A stretch of DNA of 64,000 bases from Halorarum halobium (GTDB lineage Archaea; Halobacteriota; Halobacteria; Halobacteriales; Haloferacaceae). The translations under genes and the position numbers were made by a program. This document shows, piece after piece, positions 37,117 to 48,382 of this stretch (its first letter is position 1; each line of letters opens with the position of its first letter). The DNA lies in the NCBI RefSeq assembly GCF_032116555.1, contig NZ_CP134949.1, forward strand, positions 1,860,001-1,924,000, read 5' to 3'. Below the pieces are notes generated by a model, which was not told the origin of the DNA, did not search any database, and saw only the letters and a list, made by a program, of their open reading frames with translations.

Positions 37117-38391
37117 ATGTCGTGGTACGCAATCGACGCCATCGACGACTCCCTGGACGCCACGCGGGCGTTCCTGTTCCCGTTCTCGCTCGGGCGCTGG
37201 GCCCGGCTCGCCCTCATCACGCTGCTGATCGGCGGCGGCGGAGCAGGGGTACAGAACGTGTCCCAATCCGCGAACTCCGTCGGCCAGTTCGCCGGCTCCG
37301 GCACCGGGCCGGGAGGCCCGGGCGGCAGTTCCTTCGCGCTCGCGACGCTGTTCGGCGGCGCATCGCCGGGCGGCGGCCCGCTCGGAGCGAACGCGCTCGC
37401 GCAGGTCGGCCAGCCCGTCTCCGGCGCGTTACCGGCCGCGGTCGGCATCGTCGGACTGCTCGTCATCGCGGCGGTCGTGTTGCTGGCGATACTCGTCGCG
37501 ATCGCCTCGCCGGTGCTCGAGTTCGTGTTCGTCCACGCCATCGCGCGGGACGAGGTGCGGATCCGCGGCCCGTTCAAGCGGCACTTCTGGAAGGGGATCC
37601 GGCTGCTGTTGTTCCGAATCGGACTCACGATCCTGTTCGCGCTCCCGTTCGTCATCGCGGGCGCGGTGTACTACTTCGGGTTCCACGGGACGCCCCCGCT
37701 CGGGCTCGGCCCGATCCTCGGCATCGTCTTCCTGGTAGTCCTCTGGTTCCTGCTGTTCGCGCTCGTGATGGGGTTCACGACCCAGTTCGTCGTCCCGGTC
37801 ATGTACGTCGACGACTCGGGCGTGCTGGCAGGCTGGTCGGAGGTCTGGTCGCTGCTGGGCGGCGAGAAGGTCCAGACGGTCGTCTACCTGTTCATGCACC
37901 TGCTGGTGGGAATCGGCGTCGCGATCGTCCGCGGTCTGCTCACGCTGCTCGGACTGATCCCCGTCGGCATCATCTCGGTGATCGTCGGACTCGCTGCGGG
38001 GACGGTTGTCGGCGGGACGGTCGCGCCGGACCTCGGCATCGGCATCGGGTTCCTGGCGGGACTGGCCGTCGGGGTCCCGCTGTACTTCGTGTTCGTCTTC
38101 CTCCCGCTGAACGTGTTGACCCAGACGTACATCCGCACGTTCGAGCTAGCCTCCCTCGCCGGCTTCTCGTCCCGATACGACACGCTGGGTCGGTACCGGG
38201 ACGGCTCGAGCGACGACGAAGGCGGATCGAACGACGACGGTGACGGGTCCGACGGCGACGGCGGAACCGCCGCCACCGGTCGGCCCGACGACGAGGACGA
38301 CTTCGACGAGTTCGTCGCCGCCGAGGACCTCGTGGACGACGAGGGGGAGTCCGACGGCGTGCGGGATAGTGGAACGACCCCCGCTGCGTGA
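37117..38391 (+). CDS. Conserved haloarchaeal multi-pass membrane protein
   Basis: MSWYAIDAIDD..., several TM helices, acidic tail. Confidence 0.8.
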   Translation: MSWYAIDAIDDSLDATRAFLFPFSLGRWARLALITLLIGGGGAGVQNVSQSANSVGQFAGSGTGPGGPGGSSFALATLFGGASPGGGPLGANALAQVGQPVSGALPAAVGIVGLLVIAAVVLLAILVAIASPVLEFVFVHAIARDEVRIRGPFKRHFWKGIRLLLFRIGLTILFALPFVIAGAVYYFGFHGTPPLGLGPILGIVFLVVLWFLLFALVMGFTTQFVVPVMYVDDSGVLAGWSEVWSLLGGEKVQTVVYLFMHLLVGIGVAIVRGLLTLLGLIPVGIISVIVGLAAGTVVGGTVAPDLGIGIGFLAGLAVGVPLYFVFVFLPLNVLTQTYIRTFELASLAGFSSRYDTLGRYRDGSSDDEGGSNDDGDGSDGDGGTAATGRPDDEDDFDEFVAAEDLVDDEGESDGVRDSGTTPAA

Positions 38392-38436
38392 AGTCCGCTC
38401 GGTAGCTTTTTCCGCGGTCCGGCGGTCCCTCGACCC

Positions 38437-40689
38437 ATGGGACTGGACGACGACGCACGGGAGTACCATCGCGAGGACCCGCCGGGGAAGATAGAGATCT
38501 CGACGACGAAACCGACGAACACGCAGCGTGACCTCTCACTGGCCTACTCGCCCGGCGTCGCCGCGCCGTGTCTCGACATCGCCGAGGATCCCGAGGCGGC
38601 CTACGAGTACACCGCCAAGGGGAACCTCGTCGGCGTCGTCTCCAACGGTTCTGCGGTGCTCGGCCTCGGCGACATCGGCGCGCAGGCCTCGAAACCCGTC
38701 ATGGAGGGGAAGGGCGTCCTGTTCAAGCGCTTCGCCGACATCGACGTGTTCGACATCGAACTCGACCAGCAGGACCCCGAGGACATCATCACCTCCGTCG
38801 CGGCGATGGAGCCGACGTTCGGCGGCATCAACCTCGAAGACATCACCGCGCCCGAGTGCTTCGAGATCGAATCGCGCCTGCGCGAGGAGATGGACGTGCC
38901 CGTGTTCCACGACGACCAGCACGGCACCGCGATCATCTCCGGTGCCGCGCTCATCAACGCCGCCGACATCGCGGACAAGGCGCTCTCGGAGCTGAAGATC
39001 GTCTTCTCGGGCGCCGGCGCGTCGGCGATCGCGACCGCGCGGTTCTACGTCTCGCTCGGGGCCGACCCGGACAACGTCCTCATGTGTGACTCCTCGGGCA
39101 TCATCACCGAGTCGCGCGCCGATGAGGTCAACGAGTTCAAGCGGGAGTTCGCCCGCGACGTCCCGGAGGGCGACCTCGCCACGGCGATGGAGGGCGCGGA
39201 CGTGTTCGTCGGGCTCTCGGTGGGTGGCATCGTGGACGGGGAGATGGTGCGTTCGATGGCCGCGGACCCGATCATCTTCGCCATGGCGAACCCAGACCCG
39301 GAGATCGCCTACGAGGACGCGAAGGACGCACGCGAGGACACGGTCATCATGGCGACCGGCCGCTCGGACTACCCCAATCAGGTGAACAACGTGCTCGGCT
39401 TCCCGTTCATCTTCCGGGGCGCGCTCGACGCGCGGGCGACCGACATCAACGAGGAGATGAAACGCGCGGCCGCCGAGGCGCTCGCCGACCTCGCCCGACA
39501 GGACGTCCCCGACGCGGTCGTGAAGGCCTACGGCGACCAGCCGCTCCAGTTCGGCGCGGACTACGTCATCCCGAAGCCGCTCGACCCGCGCGTGCTGTTC
39601 CAGGTCGCCCCCGCCGTCGCGGAGGCGGCGATGGACTCGGGCGTCGCGCGGAGCGAACTCGACGCCGACGAGTACGCCGAGCGGCTCGAAGCGCGGCTGG
39701 GCAAGAGCCGCGAGATGATGCGCGTCGTGCTCAACAAGGCCCGGTCGGAGCCGAAACGCGTCGCGCTCGCGGAGGGGACCGACGAGAAGATGATCCGTGC
39801 GGCCTACCAGCTACGAGAGCAGGGCATCGCGGAGCCGGTGCTGCTCGGCGATCAGGATAGCATCGAGGCGACGACCGAGGAACTGGGGCTCGGGTTCGAC
39901 CCCGAGGTCGTCGACCCCGACGCGGACGGGATGGCCGACCGCTACGCGGACCGCCTGCACGAACTCCGCAAGCGGAAGGGCATCACCCGAACCGAGGCGG
40001 GCGAACTCGTCCGCCGTGACACTAACTACTTCGGGAGCGTCATGGTCGAGGAGGGCGACGCGGACGCGCTCCTGACGGGGCTCACCCACCATTACCCGTC
40101 GGCGCTCCGCCCGCCGCTGCAGGTCATCGGCACCGCCGAGGACGCCGACTACGCGGCCGGCGTGTACATGCTGACGTTCAAGAACCGGGTCGTGTTCTGT
40201 GCGGACGCGACGGTGAACCAGGAGCCCGACGAGGAGGTACTCGCCGAGGTGACCAAACACACGGCCGAACTCGCGCGGAGCTTCAACGTGGAGCCGCGCG
40301 CGGCGATGCTCTCGTACTCGAACTTCGGCTCCGTCGAGAACGAGGGGACGGCGAAGCCGCGCCGCGCGGTCGATCTGCTCCACGGCGACGCCGCCGTCGA
40401 CTTCCCCGTCGACGGCGAGATGCAGGCCGACACGGCAGTCGTCGAGGACATCCTCGAGGAGACGTACGACTTCTCGGAGCTCGACGGGCCGGCGAACGTG
40501 CTGGTGTTCCCGAACCTCGAAGCCGGGAACATCGGCTACAAGCTGCTCCAGCGGCTCGGCGGCGCGGAGGCGATCGGCCCGATGCTCGTCGGCATGGACA
40601 AGCCGGTCCACGTCCTCCAGCGCGGCGACGAAGTGAAGGACATCGTCAACCTCGCCGGCGTCGCCGTCGTCGACGCACAGAACGAGTAG
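38437..40689 (+). CDS. maeB: NADP-dependent malic enzyme fused to a phosphotransacetylase-like domain
   Basis: [40 protein letters not shown]-terminal DGEMQAD and [12 protein letters not shown]. Confidence 0.95.
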   Translation: MGLDDDAREYHREDPPGKIEISTTKPTNTQRDLSLAYSPGVAAPCLDIAEDPEAAYEYTAKGNLVGVVSNGSAVLGLGDIGAQASKPVMEGKGVLFKRFADIDVFDIELDQQDPEDIITSVAAMEPTFGGINLEDITAPECFEIESRLREEMDVPVFHDDQHGTAIISGAALINAADIADKALSELKIVFSGAGASAIATARFYVSLGADPDNVLMCDSSGIITESRADEVNEFKREFARDVPEGDLATAMEGADVFVGLSVGGIVDGEMVRSMAADPIIFAMANPDPEIAYEDAKDAREDTVIMATGRSDYPNQVNNVLGFPFIFRGALDARATDINEEMKRAAAEALADLARQDVPDAVVKAYGDQPLQFGADYVIPKPLDPRVLFQVAPAVAEAAMDSGVARSELDADEYAERLEARLGKSREMMRVVLNKARSEPKRVALAEGTDEKMIRAAYQLREQGIAEPVLLGDQDSIEATTEELGLGFDPEVVDPDADGMADRYADRLHELRKRKGITRTEAGELVRRDTNYFGSVMVEEGDADALLTGLTHHYPSALRPPLQVIGTAEDADYAAGVYMLTFKNRVVFCADATVNQEPDEEVLAEVTKHTAELARSFNVEPRAAMLSYSNFGSVENEGTAKPRRAVDLLHGDAAVDFPVDGEMQADTAVVEDILEETYDFSELDGPANVLVFPNLEAGNIGYKLLQRLGGAEAIGPMLVGMDKPVHVLQRGDEVKDIVNLAGVAVVDAQNE

Positions 40690-40826
40690 GCCGGGCGTCG
40701 AACGCTCGGCCGGGCGGCCCCGGAAATTTATTTCATGATTTTTCGTTCTGAATCAGCAAGCGGCTGCCACGACGCCGGGAGAACCCCCTCACTGGTGGCC
40801 GATATCGGCGGACGAACATACCCAAG

Positions 40827-40833
40827 TATATAA
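40827..40833 (+). promoter_or_regulatory. TATA box of the dpp operon
   Basis: TATATAA about 26 nt upstream of ATG 40859. Confidence 0.6.
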
Positions 40834-40858
40834 GTCACCGTCCCACTACTTGCCACCC

Positions 40859-42505
40859 ATGTCCGACAGTGACACGACGAGGCGACGGTTCCTGACCGCT
40901 GCGGGTTCGGCTGCCGCGGCAGTATCGCTCGCCGGCTGTTCCGAGGGCGGCGACACGACGCCGACGCCGGGCGACGACGGGACGCCCGAGCCGACCGCGA
41001 CCGACTCGCCGGAGGGGACGCCGACCGAGCGCCCGGAGCCCGAGACCCGCGAGGGCTACCTCCAGCGGGCGAACCGACTGATCCACGACGAGGCACCGTG
41101 GGTGTTCCTCAACCGCCAGTACTCGGTGTACGGCCAGTCCACGGACATCGAGTGGTCGCCCCGGCGCGACGAGCGCGTGGCGGCGTACGCCATCTCGCCC
41201 GCGAACGACGATGGGGAGGACGTCGTGATGACCCAGTCCCAGATGGACTCGGGAGTCGACCCGCAGGATCACCGCGAGACGCCGACCGACAACATCGTCC
41301 TGCAGGCCTACGAGGGGCTCCTGGAGCGTGACGCCGAGGGTGCCATCGTCCAGAAGCTCGCGACCGACTACACCCGACTCGACGAGACGACCGTCCAGTT
41401 CACGGTTCGGGACGACGTCTCGTTCCACAGCGGCGACTCGCTGACGCCCGAGGACGTCTCGTTCTCGATCAACCGCATCGTCGACGACGAGGTCGGCATC
41501 GTCAGCCCCCAGTCCGACCAGCTCATCGGCGTCACCGGCGCCGAGGTCTCGAGCGAGAGCGACCGCACCGTCGACGTCTCGCTCAGCGGACTGAACCCGA
41601 TCGTCTTCCAGTCGTTCGCCACGTACTGTGACGTCATGAACAGGTCGTGGGTCGAGGAGAACGAGAACGCCTACGTGAACCAGAACATGGACGGGACCGG
41701 CCCGTTCGCCATGACCAACTACGAGCAGGGCGTCGAGGTCTCCTTCGAGCGCTACGAGGACTACTGGGACGAGCCGGCGGCCATCTCGACGTTCACGATC
41801 AACTCCGCGGGCGAGTCGTCGACGCGCGTCAACCGGCTCATCAGCGGCGAGAGCGACATCGCGGTGAACGTCCCGCCCCAGGAGGTCTCCCGCGTCGACG
41901 GCAACGACGGCACGGCCGTCTCGGCGGTGCCGTCCACCCGCGTGCTGTTCAACGGGATGCGCTACGACCTGGAGCCGTTCAGCTCCCCCGAGTTCCGGCA
42001 GGCGATCAACTACGCGATCGACCTCGACTCGATCATCCAGAACGTCCTGCAGACGTTCGGCGACCCGACCGGTCAGCCGACCCTCGAGGGGTTCTTCGGC
42101 TACAACGGCGATCTGGACCCGTACCCACAGGACCAGGAGATGGCCGAACAGCTCATCGAGGAGTCCGGTCACGCCGGCGCGGAGATCGAACTCGTGACGC
42201 CCATCGGCCGCTACCTCCGCGACGTCGAGATCGCACAGGCCGTCGGCGGGCAGGTCGACGAGCTCTCGAACGTCAGCGCAACCGTGCGGCAGGTGGAGTT
42301 CTCCACGCTCGTCAGCCAGGTGACCACGGGCAACATCGAGGACAAGCCCCCGTGGTACCTGCTCGGCTGGGGGAACGCGACGTTCGACGCGATCCAGACG
42401 ATCCAGCCGCTCCTCGCGTCCGACGGCTCGCTGACCTCATACAGCAACGAGGAACTCGACCGGCTCCTTGAGGAAGCACAGAGCCTCCCGAGCGAGAGCA
42501 ACTGA
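40859..42505 (+). CDS. dppA: Peptide/nickel ABC transporter substrate-binding lipoprotein (family 5), apparently circularly permuted
   Basis: Tat TRRRFL and lipobox LAGC; YEGL, RDDVSFHSG, GTGPF, RQAINYAID. Confidence 0.9.
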   Translation: MSDSDTTRRRFLTAAGSAAAAVSLAGCSEGGDTTPTPGDDGTPEPTATDSPEGTPTERPEPETREGYLQRANRLIHDEAPWVFLNRQYSVYGQSTDIEWSPRRDERVAAYAISPANDDGEDVVMTQSQMDSGVDPQDHRETPTDNIVLQAYEGLLERDAEGAIVQKLATDYTRLDETTVQFTVRDDVSFHSGDSLTPEDVSFSINRIVDDEVGIVSPQSDQLIGVTGAEVSSESDRTVDVSLSGLNPIVFQSFATYCDVMNRSWVEENENAYVNQNMDGTGPFAMTNYEQGVEVSFERYEDYWDEPAAISTFTINSAGESSTRVNRLISGESDIAVNVPPQEVSRVDGNDGTAVSAVPSTRVLFNGMRYDLEPFSSPEFRQAINYAIDLDSIIQNVLQTFGDPTGQPTLEGFFGYNGDLDPYPQDQEMAEQLIEESGHAGAEIELVTPIGRYLRDVEIAQAVGGQVDELSNVSATVRQVEFSTLVSQVTTGNIEDKPPWYLLGWGNATFDAIQTIQPLLASDGSLTSYSNEELDRLLEEAQSLPSESN

Positions 42506-42512
42506 GTTGGCC

Positions 42513-43502
42513 ATGGCGTACGGCCGATTTTTACTGAAACGCGGACTGCAGGGTATCGGCGTCGTCTGGGGAGTCGTGACCGTCGTGTTCATGCTGCGGT
42601 TCATCACGCCGGGGAGCCCGGTGGACACGGTCGCGCCGCTGGACGCCGACCAGGAGACCCGACGGCGGATCGCGGAGGATCTCGGGCTGAACGAGCCGCT
42701 GTACGTCCAGTACGGCAACTACATCTGGGACCTGCTGCACGGCGACATGGGCTACTCGTACATCTCGAGCATCCCCGCGAGCGCCCAGGTGTTCAGTAAG
42801 CTCCCGGCCACGATCGAGCTCGCGGTCGCGGCGAGCGTCGTCGCCATCGTCATCTCGATCCCGCTGGGCGTCGTCAGCGCGACCCGCCGGCACCAGCCCG
42901 CCGACTACGGCGCGACGACGTTCTCGCTCGTCGGCATCTCGACGCCGAACTTCTGGCTCGGCATCATGCTCGTGCTGGTGTTCGCGGTCGAGTTGAACGT
43001 GTTCCCGACCAGCGGACGGGCCTACGGGTTCGCCGACTCGGTCGCCGCGATCTACGGCCCCGCGCCGTTCTTCGAGGTGGCCACGGCGTGGCTCGCGTCG
43101 CTGTTCCTCCCGGCGATCACCCTCGGGACGTACTTCACCGCGCTCATCACGCGGCTCACCCGCTCGGGGATGCTCGACGAGCTCGGGAAGGGCTACGTCA
43201 CGGCCACCCGGGCGAAGGGGCTGCCCGAGTCGCTCGTCAAGTACAAACACGTGCTTCGGAACACGCTCGTGCCCGTCATCACGGTGCTCGGGCTCCAGCT
43301 TGGCACCCTCATCGGCGGGGCAGTCATCACGGAGGCCGTGTTCGCGTGGCCCGGACTCGGCACGGAGATCATCCAGGCCATCAACGCGCGTGACTGGCCG
43401 ATCCTCCAGGGGAGCCTCATCGTCATCGGCACGGCGTTTGTCGTGGTGAACATCGCGGTCGACGCGCTGTACGCGTACCTCGACCCGCGGGTGGTCGCAT
43501 AA
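42513..43502 (+). CDS. dppB: Peptide ABC transporter permease
   Basis: GLNEPLYVQY, STPNFWLG, YVTATRAKGL, EAVFAWPGLG. Confidence 0.93.
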   Translation: MAYGRFLLKRGLQGIGVVWGVVTVVFMLRFITPGSPVDTVAPLDADQETRRRIAEDLGLNEPLYVQYGNYIWDLLHGDMGYSYISSIPASAQVFSKLPATIELAVAASVVAIVISIPLGVVSATRRHQPADYGATTFSLVGISTPNFWLGIMLVLVFAVELNVFPTSGRAYGFADSVAAIYGPAPFFEVATAWLASLFLPAITLGTYFTALITRLTRSGMLDELGKGYVTATRAKGLPESLVKYKHVLRNTLVPVITVLGLQLGTLIGGAVITEAVFAWPGLGTEIIQAINARDWPILQGSLIVIGTAFVVVNIAVDALYAYLDPRVVA

Positions 43503-44575
43503 TGAAGCTCGGACCGCTCTCGATCTCGCCGCGGACGATCCGGAACCTTCGCGGTGAACTGCGATCGAGCGCGCTGGCGAAGGTGGGGATCGTCCTCATC
43601 GTCGGCATCATCCTCGTCGCCGCGCTCGCGCCGTTCGTCGCGCCACACAACCCCCGAACACAGGACCTTGAGAACGCAAGCACGCCGCCGCTCGGCTTCA
43701 CGTCGACCGAACAGCGGACGACCTCACAGATGGTGAACGGAAGCGTGGAGATCGTCAACGAGTCGGTGACCGTCAACGCGACCGCCGAGCACCCGCTGGG
43801 GACGAACTCGCTCGGACAGGACATCCTCTCGCGTGCCATCTACGGCGCGCGGACCTCGCTGCTCGTGGGGCTGCTCGGGACGATTCTGGCCAGCGTGCTC
43901 GGGGTCACCGTCGGGCTGACCGCGGGCTACTACCGCGGACGGACCGACGACCTGCTGATGCGGCTCGCCGACGTCTCGCTCGCGTTCCCGTCGCTCGTGC
44001 TCGCCATCGCGCTCATCGGACTGTTCAGCCGGTTCCAGGCGGCGGTGGCCGTGAGCTTGGGTGATCCGTTCGTGACCTCCGGGCTCGCCGCGTCGTTCCG
44101 CGAGGCGGTCGGCTTGCCGACGCCGATGCCCGGCAGCGTGACGCTCCCGACGGTCGTCATCCTCGTCGTCGGCTTCGTCAGCTGGGTGTGGTTCGCACGG
44201 ATCGCGCGGGGGGAGGCGCTCTCCATCCGCGAGGAGGAGTACGTGAAGGCCGCACGCGCGCTCGGTGCCAGCGACGCGCGAATCGTCTTCCGGCACGTCC
44301 TCCCGAACGCGATCACGCCCATTTTGGTGCTGGCGACGATCCAGATCGCGTCGATCATCCTGCTGGAGTCGTCGCTCTCGTTCCTCGGCTTCTCGGGAAC
44401 GACGCTCTCGTGGGGCTTCGACATCGCGCAGGGGCGCGACTACCTCTCGTCCTCGTGGTGGATCGCAACCGTCCCCGGCGTGGCCATCGTGCTGGCCGTG
44501 GTCGGCATCAACCTCGTCGGCGACTGGCTCCGCGATGCGCTCGACCCCGGCATCGAGGGCGAGGGGGGGATGTAG
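43502..44575 (+). CDS. dppC: Peptide ABC transporter permease
   Basis: HPLGTNSLGQDILSR..YGARTSL, EYVKAARALGA, RHVLPN, LSFLG. Confidence 0.93.
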   Translation: MKLGPLSISPRTIRNLRGELRSSALAKVGIVLIVGIILVAALAPFVAPHNPRTQDLENASTPPLGFTSTEQRTTSQMVNGSVEIVNESVTVNATAEHPLGTNSLGQDILSRAIYGARTSLLVGLLGTILASVLGVTVGLTAGYYRGRTDDLLMRLADVSLAFPSLVLAIALIGLFSRFQAAVAVSLGDPFVTSGLAASFREAVGLPTPMPGSVTLPTVVILVVGFVSWVWFARIARGEALSIREEEYVKAARALGASDARIVFRHVLPNAITPILVLATIQIASIILLESSLSFLGFSGTTLSWGFDIAQGRDYLSSSWWIATVPGVAIVLAVVGINLVGDWLRDALDPGIEGEGGM

Positions 44576-45868
44576 ATGTCCGCCGATCGAAACCACGGCG
44601 GACACGTCGACGGTCACCCGGACGACGTGCTCCGCGTCAGGAACCTCTCGACCCGATTTTTCACCAGCGACGGGCAGGTGAACGCGGTCGAGTCCGTCGA
44701 CTTCGACGTCCGCGACGGCGAGGTGTTCGGCATCGTCGGCGAGTCCGGCTCGGGCAAGTCCGTCACCGCGCTCTCGGTCGTCGACCTCGTCGACTCGCCC
44801 GGGCGGATCACCCAGGGCGAGGTGTGGTACCGCGACGCCGACCTCGCGGCGGCGTTCGAGGACGACCGGTCCGAAGCGGTCGACGGCGAGTTCGTCGACG
44901 TCCGGCGGCTGCCCGAGGGCGCGCGTCGCTCCCTGCGGGGGCCGTCGTTCTCGATGATCTTCCAGGACCCGATGTCGTCGCTGAACCCGTCGCTGACCGT
45001 CGGCGAGCAGATCGCCGAGGCGGTCGAGGTCCAGCGCCGGGCGAACGCGAACCCCCGGCGCACCCGGTCGCGCACCCAGGGGTACGGCATGGCCCGGTTC
45101 CTCACCGACGCGCTGCTCCCGAGCCGGAGCTACGCGAGCACGGCGAGCCACGAGCGAGCCGTCGAACTGCTCGACCAGGTCGGCATTCCCGACCCCGCGG
45201 AGCGAGCCGAGGAGTACCCGCACCAGTTCTCCGGCGGGATGCTCCAGCGTGCGATGATCGCGCAGGCGCTCGCCGGCGAGCCGGACGTGCTCGTCGCCGA
45301 CGAGCCGACGACCGCCCTCGACGTCACCATCCAGGCGCAGATCCTCGACCTGCTCCGCGAGCTTCAGGAGGAAGAGGACATGTCCGTCGTGCTCATCACG
45401 CACGATCTCGGCGTCATCGCGCGGATGTGCAACCGCGTCGGCGTGATGTACGCCGGCGAGATCGTCGAGCGCGGCACGCTCTCGGACGTGTTCGAGTCGC
45501 CGATCCACCCGTACACGCGGGGGCTGCTGGGTTCCATCCCGGACCTCGAGGACCCCGCGCCGCGGCTCCAGCCCATCGAGGGGAACGTCCCCTCGCTGCT
45601 GGATTCCGAGATGGGAGAGCGGTGTTACTTCGCGGACCGCTGTCCGAAGGCCATGTACGACTGCCTCGACCCGGTTCCCGAGTACGACGTCGACCGCGGG
45701 AGCGACGAACACGCCGCTCGCTGTGTCCTCGCCGAGCGCGAGTTCGACGAGGCGGACGCGCTGCCCGCGGACCACTTCGCCGCGGCAGGCAGCGTCGCGG
45801 AGACGGAGGAAAGCCCGGCCGACGGGTCCGCCGGCGCGGCCGAGGAGGGGGTGTCCGTCGATGACTGA
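44576..45868 (+). CDS. dppD: Peptide ABC transporter ATPase
   Basis: [37 protein letters not shown]-terminal Cys cluster. Confidence 0.93.
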   Translation: MSADRNHGGHVDGHPDDVLRVRNLSTRFFTSDGQVNAVESVDFDVRDGEVFGIVGESGSGKSVTALSVVDLVDSPGRITQGEVWYRDADLAAAFEDDRSEAVDGEFVDVRRLPEGARRSLRGPSFSMIFQDPMSSLNPSLTVGEQIAEAVEVQRRANANPRRTRSRTQGYGMARFLTDALLPSRSYASTASHERAVELLDQVGIPDPAERAEEYPHQFSGGMLQRAMIAQALAGEPDVLVADEPTTALDVTIQAQILDLLRELQEEEDMSVVLITHDLGVIARMCNRVGVMYAGEIVERGTLSDVFESPIHPYTRGLLGSIPDLEDPAPRLQPIEGNVPSLLDSEMGERCYFADRCPKAMYDCLDPVPEYDVDRGSDEHAARCVLAEREFDEADALPADHFAAAGSVAETEESPADGSAGAAEEGVSVDD

Positions 45869-47306
45869 GCCCGATCCGCTGCTTCGGGTCCGGGGCCTCC
45901 GGAAGTACTACTTCGAGGACGACACGCTGCTCGACCGGCTGATGGGCCGGGATCCGACCAGCGTGAAGGCCGTCGACGGCGTCGACCTCACGGTCGAGAA
46001 GGGCGAGACGCTCGGGCTGGTCGGCGAGTCCGGCTGCGGTAAATCGACCACGGGCGAGACGCTGTTGCGCCTGCGCGATGCGACCGAGGGTGAGATCGAG
46101 TTCGACGGCGAGGACGTGCTCGGGATGTCCAGCGGCGAACTCCGCGAGTTCCGACAGCGCGCCCAGATCGTCTTCCAGGACCCGTTCTCCAGTCTCGACC
46201 CGCGGCTGACGGTCGGACAGATCATCTCGGAGGGGCTCTCGATCCACGGGCTACCCGAGGAGTCGCCCGACGACGGCCGCTCCAAGCGGGAGTGGCGGCG
46301 CGACCGGGCGACCGAACTGCTCGAGCGGGTCGGCCTCTCCGCCGGGCAGATCGACCGCTACCCGCACGAGTTCTCGGGCGGGCAGCGCCAGCGGGTCGGC
46401 ATCGCCCGCGCGCTCGCGCTCGACCCCGAGTTCGTCGTGCTCGACGAACCGGTCTCGGCACTGGACGTGAGCGTCCAGGCGCAGATCCTCAACCTGCTCG
46501 ACGACCTGCAGGAGGAGTACGGGCTGACGTACCTGTTCATCGCCCACGACCTCTCGGTGGTGCGTCACATCTGCGACCGCGTCGCGGTGATGTATCTGGG
46601 CGAGGTCGTCGAGAGCGGCCCGACCGACTCCATCTTCGAGGAGCCGAAACACCCGTACACGAACGCGCTGCTGGAGTCGGTCCCGCGCGCGGACGTGAGC
46701 GAGCAGGGCCGGCGCGTCGACCCGCTCTCGGGCGACGTCCCGTCGCCGCGCGACCCGCCCTCCGGCTGTCATTTCCGGACGCGCTGTCCGGAGATCATTC
46801 CCCCGGCTGGCGTCGAAATCGACCAGTCGGACTACCGGAGCGTGATGGACCTGCGTGAGCGCCTCGAACGCGGCGACTACGATGCCGAGACCGTCCGGGA
46901 GCGGATGGACGACCCGGACGCGAACGCCGCGGCGTTCAAGGAGGCGGTCCGGGCGGAGTTCGGGCTCGACTCGATCTCCGGCGCGAACATGGACACCGTC
47001 GAGGACGCACTGGAGATCCTGGCGAACGACCGGGCCGAGGAGGCCGCCGACCGCCTCCGCGACCGGTTCGAATCGGTCTGCGAGACGCAGGCGCCAACCC
47101 TCCCCGACGGGGAACACCCGGCTGCCTGCCATCGGTTCCGCGAGGGGGTCGCCGATCACCTCGACGACGGGGACGATGCCGACGACGGCCCGGTGACCGA
47201 GCCGGACATCGGCGGGCCGGCCGGGATGGCGATGGGTCCGACCGGCGCCGACGACGCGGCGGTCGACATCGATCGGGCCGAAGAGTCCGCCGACCGGGGA
47301 CGCTGA
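45861..47306 (+). CDS. dppF: Peptide ABC transporter ATPase
   Basis: [37 protein letters not shown]; start re-set to ATG 45861. Confidence 0.93.
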   Translation: MTEPDPLLRVRGLRKYYFEDDTLLDRLMGRDPTSVKAVDGVDLTVEKGETLGLVGESGCGKSTTGETLLRLRDATEGEIEFDGEDVLGMSSGELREFRQRAQIVFQDPFSSLDPRLTVGQIISEGLSIHGLPEESPDDGRSKREWRRDRATELLERVGLSAGQIDRYPHEFSGGQRQRVGIARALALDPEFVVLDEPVSALDVSVQAQILNLLDDLQEEYGLTYLFIAHDLSVVRHICDRVAVMYLGEVVESGPTDSIFEEPKHPYTNALLESVPRADVSEQGRRVDPLSGDVPSPRDPPSGCHFRTRCPEIIPPAGVEIDQSDYRSVMDLRERLERGDYDAETVRERMDDPDANAAAFKEAVRAEFGLDSISGANMDTVEDALEILANDRAEEAADRLRDRFESVCETQAPTLPDGEHPAACHRFREGVADHLDDGDDADDGPVTEPDIGGPAGMAMGPTGADDAAVDIDRAEESADRGR

Positions 47307-47388
47307 GCGGATCAGTACGGCCGCGCAGTCGTCCACCTCCGGTGACCGGAACCGTAACCCTCACCGTCGCCGGCGGGTACCTCACGAC

Positions 47389-48339
47389 GTGACCCGCCAT
47401 CGAACCCTCCCGCTGTTCCTGTTTCTCGCCGCCATCTGGGGCTCGGCGTTCATGGCCATCAAGGCCGGCCTGGGCACCCCGAGCGCTCCCGGCGGCTTCT
47501 TCGAGACGCCGGTCCTCTTCGCGGCGATCCGCTACGACGTCGCGGGGGTCCTAATGTTCGGGTACGCAGCCTACGCCCTCGAGGATCCCGTCCCTCGGGG
47601 TCGCGCGGAGTGGGCGACCGTCGGCGTGGGAGCGACGCTGCTCATCGCGGCGTATCACGCCTTCCTCTTCGTCGGCGAGACCGACCCGGCGGTCACGAGC
47701 GCAGCGGCCGCAGTCATCGTCTCGTTATCGCCCGCGCTCACGACGGGGTTCGCGCGGGCGATGCTCCCCGACGAATCGCTCACCGCGGTCGGACTCGCGG
47801 GACTGGTCCTCGGGCTCGTCGGCGTCGTGGTCCTCACGGATCCCGATCCCGCGAACCTGCTCTCCGGGGGCGCGCTCGCGAAGTCGTTCGTGTTCCTCGC
47901 GGCCGCGTCGTTCGCGCTGGGCTCGGTTCTCACCCGTCGCATCGACGCCGGCATGCCGGTCGAATCGATGGAGGCGTGGTCGATGCTCGGCGGCGCACTC
48001 CTCATGCACGGCGTCGCCGTCGGCCGCGGCGAGCGGCTCGCACAGGTCGCGTGGACGACAGACGCGCTGGTCGCGCTCGCGTACCTCTCGGTCGTCGCCT
48101 CGGCGCTGGGGTTTCTCGTCTACTTCGACCTGCTGGACCGGCTCGGCGCGGTCGAGATCAACCTCGTCTCCTACGTCGCCCCGCTGTTCGCGGCGCTGTC
48201 CGGCTGGGCGTTCCTCTCGGAGACGCCGACGTCGACGACCGGCCTCGGCTTCCTGCTCGTCTTCGCCGGCTTCCTCCTGCTGAAGCGGAAGGCCGTCCGG
48301 GCGAAACTCTCGCGGGTACGTGGAGCACCTGGCGGGTAG
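47389..48339 (+). CDS. EamA/DMT family transporter
   Basis: IWGSAF, about ten TM helices, YVAPLFA. Confidence 0.9.
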   Translation: MTRHRTLPLFLFLAAIWGSAFMAIKAGLGTPSAPGGFFETPVLFAAIRYDVAGVLMFGYAAYALEDPVPRGRAEWATVGVGATLLIAAYHAFLFVGETDPAVTSAAAAVIVSLSPALTTGFARAMLPDESLTAVGLAGLVLGLVGVVVLTDPDPANLLSGGALAKSFVFLAAASFALGSVLTRRIDAGMPVESMEAWSMLGGALLMHGVAVGRGERLAQVAWTTDALVALAYLSVVASALGFLVYFDLLDRLGAVEINLVSYVAPLFAALSGWAFLSETPTSTTGLGFLLVFAGFLLLKRKAVRAKLSRVRGAPGG

Positions 48340-48382
48340 GTAACCCCGGGCAGTTAATCGGACCCCGGTCCCGGCGCCCCCA

